Shown: positions 26,401-34,114 of the stretch, one piece after another
How positions within the stretch are numbered: the stretch's first letter is position 1
How the letters are laid out: each line of letters begins with the position of its first letter
IMG/VR virus record: IMGVR_UViG_3300044510_000078
Length of the DNA: 64,000 nucleotides
Strand: one strand, 5' to 3'
Source: a virus
Position numbers and translations under genes: made by a program
The notes under the pieces: model-generated
The model's database searches: none
What the model was told of the DNA's origin: nothing
Seen by the model: only the letters and a program-made list of their open reading frames with translations

Positions 26401-26856
26401 ATGAACAATTTAACCAATACAAATAATATGATTCCTTTAGAAGTCTTTACTATGTTAGGAGGCAGTATTACTGGATTTTTGTTCCGTTTTATAGCGGAAA
26501 GAGCGAAGGACCGACAAGAACAATTTAAAATGATGATAGACAAGTTCAAGGCCGAAGAAGATTCTCGCAATTCTGCCGTCCAGAGAGTCCCACTTGACGC
26601 TGGAAAATGGGTGAGAAGATTGATTGTAGTTTCAATACTTTTTGGCGTTATTCTTGCTCCGTTTATAATGGCCTTGATGGGAAATTCTGTCATAGTAGAA
26701 GTTCAGGAGCGGCATGGGTTTTTCCGTAGTTTATTTTCGTCTGGAACAACGACTAAATTTGTAGAATTACAAGGTTATCTATTAGTTCCAGAGGTCAGAC
26801 AAACGCTGACAGCTTTGGTCGGGTTTTACTTTGGACAAAGTGCGGGAAAATGCTAA
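26401..26856 (+). CDS. multi-pass membrane protein (holin-like candidate)
   Basis: Three hydrophobic segments; opposite strand to neighbours. Confidence 0.7.
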   Translation: MNNLTNTNNMIPLEVFTMLGGSITGFLFRFIAERAKDRQEQFKMMIDKFKAEEDSRNSAVQRVPLDAGKWVRRLIVVSILFGVILAPFIMALMGNSVIVEVQERHGFFRSLFSSGTTTKFVELQGYLLVPEVRQTLTALVGFYFGQSAGKC

Positions 26857-27488
26857 TGAAAAAAATATTAACAATATTTCTTATATCGTTTTTGACGGGC
26901 TGCTCTAGCGTTAAAACTGAGGGCAAACGTGTTGGCGTATTAGATTTAAAGAAAAAAAGCCCAAGTGTTGCAATCGGAGTTTCCACAATTCAAAAACAAG
27001 AATCCAAGCAAGCCCAAAACGCGGTTACAAACAAATCTAATACTATTGTTGCAAAACCTATAAGTCGCCCACAAGAACCCAAAAAGGGCGCAGAAGTTTT
27101 AATGGAACTCGCAAGTCGTTCCCAAATACAAAAAAAAGAAGAAAATAAAACGGCCCAACCAATTGTCCCGTCAACCCCTCAATCTCAAAAAAGTGCAACA
27201 AATGCAAATATCTCTAAAAACGAAGAAAAAAGCCCAATTAATCTAATAAAAATTGACTCTGAAAATCAAAATAAAGAAATCGTGAAAGTAGGAGTTTTTG
27301 ATGTAAATTTAACAAAATTATTGTTATTTTATTTAATTGCATTTTTGGGAGTGGCTGCGGCTTATTTTTTAACCGTCTTTGTTTCTAGCTGGTTACGCAT
27401 TAATAAATTAAAAAATCCATTTAAGAAAAGTCCTTCATCTGACGCTGAGAATCCTTTGGGTGGGTCTTCCGGTGACGTGGCAGTTTAA
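26850..27488 (+). CDS. lipoprotein with C-terminal TM helix
   Basis: Lipobox LTGC; low-complexity linker; C-terminal hydrophobic helix. Confidence 0.7.
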   Translation: MLMKKILTIFLISFLTGCSSVKTEGKRVGVLDLKKKSPSVAIGVSTIQKQESKQAQNAVTNKSNTIVAKPISRPQEPKKGAEVLMELASRSQIQKKEENKTAQPIVPSTPQSQKSATNANISKNEEKSPINLIKIDSENQNKEIVKVGVFDVNLTKLLLFYLIAFLGVAAAYFLTVFVSSWLRINKLKNPFKKSPSSDAENPLGGSSGDVAV

Positions 27489-27523
27489 CATAGCTGCCGA
27501 ATTTTAACATTCTTTCAGTTTCC

Positions 27524-28138
27524 TTATCGCGGCGAGGGGCTTTCTTTTTCATATTTTTTAATGAGTTTTTGTATTTTTCGTCTTGTAAAAAAGACTCTAC
27601 TCATAACTGTCCCGATTGGGCAATTCATTTGCTTGGCAGTATCAGAGTAGGACAACCCTTTACAAAAAATCATGTCAAAAATTTTTATTTGATTGTGGTT
27701 GAGTTTTTCTCTTATAAAGAAAATCTTTTCGTTTACTGAAGATAAACTCTCTTGAGCAGCTAGAATTGAGGCTGGGGTTTCCTTAACAATAAGCATTGGG
27801 TCAATGACAGAAGAATCATCCCTAGAATCTTCTGAAAAATCAGAAAAGTTCTTGTATTTTTTTGAAGATTTAATGTGGTCGAGAAAACAATTATAAGCAA
27901 TTCTATTTAACCAAGTCGAAAATTGCGCTTCATTGTTTTTAAATTTTTTTAAGTATTTCCAAGACTTGACAAAAGCTTTTTGCAGAATATCTTCTAAATC
28001 CGCTGGTTGTAAAAACTTATTTTTTGAATAAATAAATTTTTTAATAAAGTCTTTGTTTCTTTTTAAGAGAGTATCAAAAGCCTCTGTGTCCCCGGCTTGA
28101 GCCTTAATTACTAGCTCTTTACTGGATATTTCAGTCAT
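27524..28138 (-). CDS. ECF-type RNA polymerase sigma factor
   Basis: AQAGDTEAF, EDILQKAFVKSW, FSTWLNRIAYNC, LSYSDTA...GTVMSR. Confidence 0.9.
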   Translation of the reverse strand: MTEISSKELVIKAQAGDTEAFDTLLKRNKDFIKKFIYSKNKFLQPADLEDILQKAFVKSWKYLKKFKNNEAQFSTWLNRIAYNCFLDHIKSSKKYKNFSDFSEDSRDDSSVIDPMLIVKETPASILAAQESLSSVNEKIFFIREKLNHNQIKIFDMIFCKGLSYSDTAKQMNCPIGTVMSRVFFTRRKIQKLIKKYEKESPSPR

Positions 28139-28139
28139 G

Positions 28140-28553
28140 TTAAAACACGGGCTCTTCTGTTAGGGTTTCGACTTCTGGTGTTTCTACGGCGCTCGGTTGC
28201 ACGGGAGCTGGCGGCGCTTGTTTTGTTGTTGAGGGTTTCGCTGCTGGCTTACTGGTAGGTTGTTTTATTCCCGTGTTTTTCTTTGCGTTGATTTTCCAAG
28301 CGCGAAGGTTGTTATAATAATTGCCATTATATTCCCTACCCCTTACCGAGAAAAAAACCTCTACCTCTTGCCCGACACGCAAACCTTCTAGGATTCGGAT
28401 TCTATTTTCAAAAACTTCAAACTTAACTGACTGAGGATACTCTTCTTTTGTCTGAACGACAAATTCTTGGATTTTGTATTGGCCCGCCGCTTTTGGGTCA
28501 AAAACGGCAAGAATGTTTCCTACGACGCTGAATGAGTTATTTTTTGTTTCCAT
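28140..28553 (-). CDS. DUF3127 family OB-fold (SSB-like) protein
   Basis: QEFVV...YPQSVKFE...VEVFFSVRGREYNG.YYNNLRAWKI plus acidic tail. Confidence 0.85.
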   Translation of the reverse strand: METKNNSFSVVGNILAVFDPKAAGQYKIQEFVVQTKEEYPQSVKFEVFENRIRILEGLRVGQEVEVFFSVRGREYNGNYYNNLRAWKINAKKNTGIKQPTSKPAAKPSTTKQAPPAPVQPSAVETPEVETLTEEPVF

Positions 28554-28584
28554 ATTGTTATATTACTGTTTGTTTATCTCGAAG

Positions 28585-28878
28585 TCAACTGTTATTTTGG
28601 ATATATTTGTATTTTTCCTCCCAAGAGGCGTCTCCCGTATCTATACACGACACAATCCTAGAGATATTATCACAAGATTCTATTCCAAATCCAGAATCGG
28701 CTCCAGAAAGTGTTTCTTCCCAGATTTTATTATTAAAATAATAAACAAAAAGGGTATTTTCATTGACTTCTAACTGTAATTTATTGCCATCCGTCCCTAG
28801 TTGAAAATCAATTAAAACAACTCGTCCAGTCATACAGGCTATAAAATGAAGTTCTCTTATTAAACCAACCGTTATCAT
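28585..28878 (-). CDS. hypothetical protein
   Basis: 97-aa ORF. Confidence 0.5.
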   Translation of the reverse strand: MITVGLIRELHFIACMTGRVVLIDFQLGTDGNKLQLEVNENTLFVYYFNNKIWEETLSGADSGFGIESCDNISRIVSCIDTGDASWEEKYKYIQNNS

Positions 28879-29057
28879 ATACCACGCGACTCTTCTTCTA
28901 TTAGTTTTTTTAGGTTATTGAGGTGGAATTCCCAAAAACCCTGTCCCACTTTAAACATTTTTTGTTTATTAATTTGATTTTCTAGTTCAAACATCTTGTC
29001 GTCGAATTTTGAAGCTTCAGATATAAGGCTTTTGAGGTATTCCTTAGATTTTTTCAT
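28875..29057 (-). CDS. hypothetical protein
   Basis: 60-aa ORF. Confidence 0.55.
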   Translation of the reverse strand: MKKSKEYLKSLISEASKFDDKMFELENQINKQKMFKVGQGFWEFHLNNLKKLIEEESRGI

Positions 29058-29316
29058 TGAAAAAGATTTTGTATTTGTTTATAAATGTTGAAATATTTTT
29101 ATCTTCTATTGAGGCTCGTTGTATAAGGGTCTTTAGTTCATTATACAGTAATTTTATCTTTTCTTCGTCTGGAAGAAGTTTTTTTTCTTCTTTTTCTATG
29201 TTTTGGATGCACTTGGCAATTCTCATCTCCCACCAAGCGACATTTTTATGAATTAAAAGCGCTTCTTCAAGAAGCTTTTCTTTAATAGAAAGAATTGTAT
29301 CGTTGGTTTTTAGCAT
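29044..29316 (-). CDS. hypothetical coiled-coil protein
   Basis: 90-aa ORF. Confidence 0.6.
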   Translation of the reverse strand: MLKTNDTILSIKEKLLEEALLIHKNVAWWEMRIAKCIQNIEKEEKKLLPDEEKIKLLYNELKTLIQRASIEDKNISTFINKYKIFFNEKI

Positions 29317-29320
29317 AAGA

Positions 29321-29959
29321 TTATCTAAATAAAAAATGTTTCCATGTGTGGTGGTTTATTCTTTCTGTTATAAAAGAAGATATAAGTGTAGCGTGTGGCT
29401 TGGATGGCTTTTTAATAAGTTTAAGACCTACCTCTTCTGGTAGTTTATCTTTCTTTTTGTCGTTAATAGACTTGTCGCACCATACCATGTTGTCCCAAGT
29501 GTTTTTTCCACCACGGGAAATAGGAATAACGTGGTCAACGTTTCCTTCTCTTTCTTTTAGTTGGCGATTGGTATATTGGCAGATACCCTTGTCACGAATA
29601 CGCACATTTCTTTTAGTGAGTTTGGGTTCCCTAATAATTACCTTACAAAAATGCCTTGTAGCAATCACAGTTGGCACTCTAATTTCTTTCTTAGCGGAGC
29701 TAATTGTTAAATCGTATGGTCTAATTGGGAGATTTACCCATTCGTCCCAAGTCACGGGGTTTGCATAGGAATATTCAGTAAAGTTCCATTCCTCATCCTT
29801 GCCCCTTAAATATTCTATATCAAATGCAAACCACTTGTGTTCTCCGTGGTCGTCTGTGGAACTTAGGGCAATAATCGCATCCTTAACTGTCTTGTAGCCT
29901 ATCTTTCTATAGATAGAGTCTAGGCACAAACATAGCAATTTATCTTGTATTCCTGTCAT
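29321..29959 (-). CDS. HNH endonuclease (McrA-like)
   Basis: RDKGICQY, NVDHVIPISRGG..TWDNMV.C...N..K. Confidence 0.88.
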   Translation of the reverse strand: MTGIQDKLLCLCLDSIYRKIGYKTVKDAIIALSSTDDHGEHKWFAFDIEYLRGKDEEWNFTEYSYANPVTWDEWVNLPIRPYDLTISSAKKEIRVPTVIATRHFCKVIIREPKLTKRNVRIRDKGICQYTNRQLKEREGNVDHVIPISRGGKNTWDNMVWCDKSINDKKKDKLPEEVGLKLIKKPSKPHATLISSFITERINHHTWKHFLFR

Positions 29960-29968
29960 CTAACTATG

Positions 29969-30643
29969 TTATTCTACCTTTGCGAAAAAATCAAGAGATA
30001 CATTTTTGTGTGACGCATAGCCAGAGACAAAATTTGTTGTGGCCATTCTTAAATTTTTAAAAGCTTCATTATTTCCAATAGAAGAATTTACGTAGGCGCA
30101 AGTATTTGACTCACTTATTCCTATCGAAGAGGCGTATTGTTTAACCTCTACAATGCCGCCAGCCCCTACAAATGTAAAAATAAACTTTCCATCTTCCGAT
30201 AATTGTTTAATCATTTTCTGAATCTGCTCGTGCGACCAACTGCGCGAAGAGTTTTCTTGTCCATCTGTAAAAATAGTAACAAGGACTTTTACGTTTTCAT
30301 TTTCTAAAATATTATTTAGATTTTTTTGTAGTCTCGTCACTGAATAACCGATGGCGTCCCTTAGTGGGGTGCCGCCATCTGGAACATAACTCTCATATTC
30401 AATAAGGGGAACCTTATTAATATCTTTATTGCACACTAAGTAATCAAACCTGTTTTCAGCCAAAGAATCAAACAACATAATTGTTAATTTCGTTAAAAGT
30501 CGCTCATTCTTAGCAGACTCTTTTAGTGTTTTTATTTGTTCGTTGATATTTTTTACAGTCTGCTCTCGAACCGCGCTCATTGAACCAGACCTGTCAATTA
30601 AAAATAAATAATAAAGAATAGGAGTATTTTTTTGTTTTTTCAT
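29969..30643 (-). CDS. von Willebrand factor A domain protein
   Basis: LIDRSGSM MIDAS, GGTPLRDAIG, IFTDGQENSS. Confidence 0.88.
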   Translation of the reverse strand: MKKQKNTPILYYLFLIDRSGSMSAVREQTVKNINEQIKTLKESAKNERLLTKLTIMLFDSLAENRFDYLVCNKDINKVPLIEYESYVPDGGTPLRDAIGYSVTRLQKNLNNILENENVKVLVTIFTDGQENSSRSWSHEQIQKMIKQLSEDGKFIFTFVGAGGIVEVKQYASSIGISESNTCAYVNSSIGNNEAFKNLRMATTNFVSGYASHKNVSLDFFAKVE

Positions 30644-30649
30644 AAATTT

Positions 30650-31534
30650 TTATGGGATGGGGCAATATTCGCTCAAGTCTCCAAAAGCTTTCGGAAGGGG
30701 TTCTTCTACATACACCTTCTTAGAGTTGCAAAAATCTATGCCCGCTTTTATTAAACTGTCCCGGCTTGCATAATACAAAACGATGTCAAAGGCTTCGTTG
30801 CTTTTATTGAAGGTCGTTTTTATAACCTTGTCTTGGATTTTTTCTCCATAAGTTGTTCCAAGTTCAAACTTTGGAATTTCTTTGGAAGTATTGTCTGAAT
30901 GGAATGTTTGCCGCGTCTTGCAGGAGAACATCGCTAGCGGCGTATCGCAAGTGTTCCAAATTGGCGATGAGTAGGGGTCGTAAGGAGGACAATCGTAAGG
31001 AGGACAATCGTAAGGAGGACAATCGTAAGGAGGACAATCGTAAGGCGGGTAGATACGCGGCCAACGCTTCCTGAACGGAATAGGGTTTAAAGTATAGGGA
31101 GCATCTATTTGTTCGTCTTCTATTTCTGGTTCTTTTTCAAGCGTAATCCTCGCACCAATAACTCCATTGTTTTTTGTTGTTTTTTTGGTGCCGCCTTCTG
31201 TTTTGGCTCCTATCGTATTTGCGTAGCTTTTAAAGCCATCAGAAAAAACAAACGCCGCCACTTCTTCGTCTGAAATGCGATAACCTTTTACTTCTATTGT
31301 TGAATATGGGTCAACGATGTATCCGCTTTGTGCGTCTTCGCCACGCCGTCCCTTTATTACATCTATCCCATCTAAACTTAATATGGCCAAAGCTTTTCTG
31401 TTTGACTTGTTTTTGAGTTGAATCGTATAGTTCGTGCCCTTTCTGGCCTCAATATACGTTTGGGAGTTATGCAGGAGTTCTTTAACTGGTCGTCCATTAA
31501 CCAGCACTTGCAATTCAAAGGCATTTTTATACAT
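30650..31534 (-). CDS. conserved phage hypothetical protein with PPYDC repeats
   Basis: 294-aa ORF; ELQVLVNG...SLDGIDVI..GYIVDP. Confidence 0.8.
   Translation of the reverse strand: MYKNAFELQVLVNGRPVKELLHNSQTYIEARKGTNYTIQLKNKSNRKALAILSLDGIDVIKGRRGEDAQSGYIVDPYSTIEVKGYRISDEEVAAFVFSDGFKSYANTIGAKTEGGTKKTTKNNGVIGARITLEKEPEIEDEQIDAPYTLNPIPFRKRWPRIYPPYDCPPYDCPPYDCPPYDCPPYDPYSSPIWNTCDTPLAMFSCKTRQTFHSDNTSKEIPKFELGTTYGEKIQDKVIKTTFNKSNEAFDIVLYYASRDSLIKAGIDFCNSKKVYVEEPLPKAFGDLSEYCPIP
30978..31045. repeat. 15-bp tandem repeat, about 4.5 copies
   Basis: (TCGTAAGGAGGACAA)x4 plus TCGTAAGG; encodes PPYDC. Confidence 0.95.
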
Positions 31535-31591
31535 ATTTTTATTCCTTAACTAGCCGCACAATGCGGACTTCAAGGATATTATGCCGAAGTT

Positions 31592-31939
31592 TTACGTTTT
31601 GTTCAAGTATTTTTTCTGGATATTTTGAAAATGGATAATTTGTCCCAAAATTTCATTAAAATTAACAAAGGTAATTCTGTCTGTAACAATTGTGTAGGGT
31701 TGATGTTTTTGAATGTCTAGTCTAATTCCATTAACTTGAAATTCTGGATAAATTATATCGTCAATATAGTCGAAAACCCCCATTTTCTGCATATATTTGA
31801 AGTAAAAGTCTTGAAATTCTTTGGGACATTCTACTAATACGTCTAAGGCTAGGTTTTCTTTTGAAATAAGGGTTAGGTGTCTAAACGGAAGAGATTCTGT
31901 TGGTGGTTCACAAAGCCCTCCAACGATTACTAGATTCAT
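31592..31939 (-). CDS. hypothetical protein
   Basis: 115-aa ORF preceded by AGTGTATAT. Confidence 0.7.
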   Translation of the reverse strand: MNLVIVGGLCEPPTESLPFRHLTLISKENLALDVLVECPKEFQDFYFKYMQKMGVFDYIDDIIYPEFQVNGIRLDIQKHQPYTIVTDRITFVNFNEILGQIIHFQNIQKKYLNKT

Positions 31940-31953
31940 GTATTAATATACAC

Positions 31954-32613
31954 TTATCTTAATGGGGTCAGAAACTTACATATGCTTGAAACACAATAAA
32001 GAAAAATAGCAACAATGACATGAACTAATCCATTCAATGCCCAAACCGTATGAGTATAGGGTCTGTATAGCCACTTATACCACCACTTAGACTGCCTTTC
32101 GATAAAGGGACGAATTTTCTTTTGTAATTTTTTAATAGCTTCTTTTCTTGGGCCGCTTTCCATTTTTAGCTCTTTTTCTAAGGTAATTTCGTGAAGTTGC
32201 CCCTTCAGGAAGACGGCTTTAAATTCAAGTATAAAATCTTCCTCTTCCCCGTCAATGATAAATATATCTCCGAAATAGATTTCTCCTGTAAAGTCCTCTA
32301 TTTTTTCTATTTTTAGGTTTTTAGAATCCACCCTAACTCCAAACGGCGATTCTGAGTCTTTGACGAGAACTCTGTCGTGAATTTCTTTATACAGTCCCGC
32401 CTCGGATAATGTATAAATATTCGAAGTTTCCGAGTGGGGAAATCCTGTGCAAATAAATGTATGATTGTCTAATGTTTTTTTGAGGATTTTTCGAGTCTCT
32501 TCTGAGACGGGTAAGGGAAGTTCACAGGTTAGTTCGCTGTATGCTTGGAAGTTCATTTTGTTCAGCTTATCATTGCGTGACTTTACCCAAAAGTCAAACG
32601 AAATATGCTCCAT
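31954..32613 (-). CDS. hypothetical protein (true start likely MNFQAY, downstream of the tRNA)
   Basis: The track ATG lies inside the tRNA acceptor stem. Confidence 0.65.
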   Translation of the reverse strand: MEHISFDFWVKSRNDKLNKMNFQAYSELTCELPLPVSEETRKILKKTLDNHTFICTGFPHSETSNIYTLSEAGLYKEIHDRVLVKDSESPFGVRVDSKNLKIEKIEDFTGEIYFGDIFIIDGEEEDFILEFKAVFLKGQLHEITLEKELKMESGPRKEAIKKLQKKIRPFIERQSKWWYKWLYRPYTHTVWALNGLVHVIVAIFLYCVSSICKFLTPLR

Positions 32614-32678
32614 GAGGGAATCGAACCCTACCTTAATCCCTTGAGAGGAGACTGTCCTGACCGATAGACGAATGGAGC
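32606..32678 (-). tRNA. tRNA-Glu (anticodon CTC), CCA not encoded
   Basis: GCTCCAT/ATGGAGC acceptor, D arm GTCT..AGGAC, loop CT-CTC-AA, TTCGATT T loop; one T-stem mismatch. Confidence 0.92.
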
Positions 32679-32718
32679 GGGTATATTAATTTAATTTTTA
32701 TTTGCATATTTAAAATAA

Positions 32719-33105
32719 TGGAGGCGGGTGGAGTTGAACCACCGTCCTAAACAAACTATATTAAATATACTACACGTTTAGTTGAGTTTTAACCACTCTC
32801 GAAGAATTAAATAAAATTTATCAACAAACATTTCAATTCTTCTATCGCTTGGTCTTAACGAACGTTAAGCGAACTTACGCTCGTCCAGCCTGTGATTACG
32901 CCATTTTAACATACAGACTTTTGTTAAATGACGGGTAGCTATTAAGCTACAGCGAGCTTGCGAGAGGCACGGATTACTCCCTTGCCTACCGCAGCGAATA
33001 ATGCTTTTTTATTAGCAGTTATTTTGGTGACTATTTATAAGCGGCCATAGTCTCCGCTACGTGCATACCTAATTTCGTCTATTCAGTCGAAACCATTACG
33101 CCCCC
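32719..33105 (-). ncRNA. ssrA: tmRNA; tag reading frame 33016-32942 encodes ANKKALFAAVGKGVIRASRKLAVA
   Basis: GGGGGCG/CGCCTCC-A acceptor with G3-U70, GTTTCGAC D-like loop, GGTTCAACTCC T arm, pk1 GACTAT/ATAGTC, resume context AAATAACT-GCT. Confidence 0.95.
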
Positions 33106-33113
33106 GAAAAGAA

Positions 33114-33242
33114 CTATTTCTTCACAGCGTCAATAACGCCGTCAATTTTTGCATTAAGTTTCAGATTATTTTTACGCACAAGATAACCCAAAACAAACCC
33201 AATGCTCAAAACTAAAAAATTAATAACAATAAATAATGTCAT
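33114..33242 (-). CDS. 42-aa single-pass membrane protein
   Basis: Manual translation MTLFIVINFLVLSIGFVLGYLVRK...; AGTGTAAT motif upstream. Confidence 0.55.
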   Translation of the reverse strand: MTLFIVINFLVLSIGFVLGYLVRKNNLKLNAKIDGVIDAVKK

Positions 33243-33250
33243 ATACTTAT

Positions 33251-33258
33251 ATTACACT
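33251..33258 (-). promoter_or_regulatory. AGTGTAAT motif
   Basis: 8 nt before ATG 33242. Confidence 0.5.
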
Positions 33259-34111
33259 ATTCTTGTGCGTTTGTCAATTCGGGTTTTGTTTGTATTAAAT
33301 CATATTTAGATTCTAGGTCGGCTTTTGTGACTGCAACAACTCCACGATGAGAAACGGCAATAGAGGCGGCAAGGTTTGCTTTAAATAGGGCTTTGGCGAT
33401 GTTTTTGTCTTTTAGGTAAGTTAAAATAAAAGCCGCAAAAAAGGTATCTCCTGCGCCACTCACCTCTCTGACTTCGGAAGCTATACCTTCGCACCAAGCT
33501 GATGTGTCGCCAGTATTTGTGAGCATTTTACATCCCTTTGCTCCTAATGTAATAATCAAATTTTTACAGAATTTTTCTGGTGTGCTATTTGTTTTTAAAT
33601 TATCAGAATATTCTTTTTCATTAATTTTGACAAAATCTATATTTTCTGACCATTTTCCGAGAATTTTTTTAGTGTCCATGAAAACGACCCCACCCGCCTT
33701 GTGACAGGATTCAGAAATTTTATTTATATCTTCTTCTATAAGAAGACCCTTACAATAGTCTGAAAAGATTACAGCGTCATGCTGCATTTCTTCTATAACG
33801 GTTAAGAGGTCTTCTATTTGAAGCCTCGCGCAACTATCGTTTTCGTCAACTCTTATAATTTGTTGTCCGGATTTTTCGTCAACATATCTAATTTTTTTTA
33901 TTGGAGTTTCGTTTTTAACATAGTCTATAACTATTTTTTTTGAATCTCCACCTAAAGACCATAAATTTGCAAAGGTATTCCCAGCCATGCCAGAGTTTGT
34001 TTTTATTTTAATTGGGTTGAAAACTGGAACTGGAGCCTCTGGACAGAGCCTTTTACACTCCCCGTAAATAAAAACGTCTAAACACTCTTCGCCTATTAAA
34101 AGTATTTTCAT
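33257..34111 (-). CDS. rfaE1: D-glycero-beta-D-manno-heptose-7-phosphate kinase (HldE domain I, PfkB family)
   Basis: RLCPEAPVPV, GMAGN, KKIRY, FSDYCKG, ITLGAKG, EVSGAGDT. Confidence 0.85.
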   Translation of the reverse strand: MKILLIGEECLDVFIYGECKRLCPEAPVPVFNPIKIKTNSGMAGNTFANLWSLGGDSKKIVIDYVKNETPIKKIRYVDEKSGQQIIRVDENDSCARLQIEDLLTVIEEMQHDAVIFSDYCKGLLIEEDINKISESCHKAGGVVFMDTKKILGKWSENIDFVKINEKEYSDNLKTNSTPEKFCKNLIITLGAKGCKMLTNTGDTSAWCEGIASEVREVSGAGDTFFAAFILTYLKDKNIAKALFKANLAASIAVSHRGVVAVTKADLESKYDLIQTKPELTNAQE

Positions 34112-34114
34112 TTA

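Noticed and set aside
30978-31045. Possible CRISPR array
   Set aside because: Units are 15 bp, abut without spacers and lie in frame inside a CDS.
32578-32613. Theta/HDV-like ribozyme or overlapping CDS start at the tRNA 3' end
   Set aside because: Only a simple TGACTTT/AAAGTCA hairpin is present, with no nested pseudoknot. The ATG at 32613 is part of the acceptor stem.
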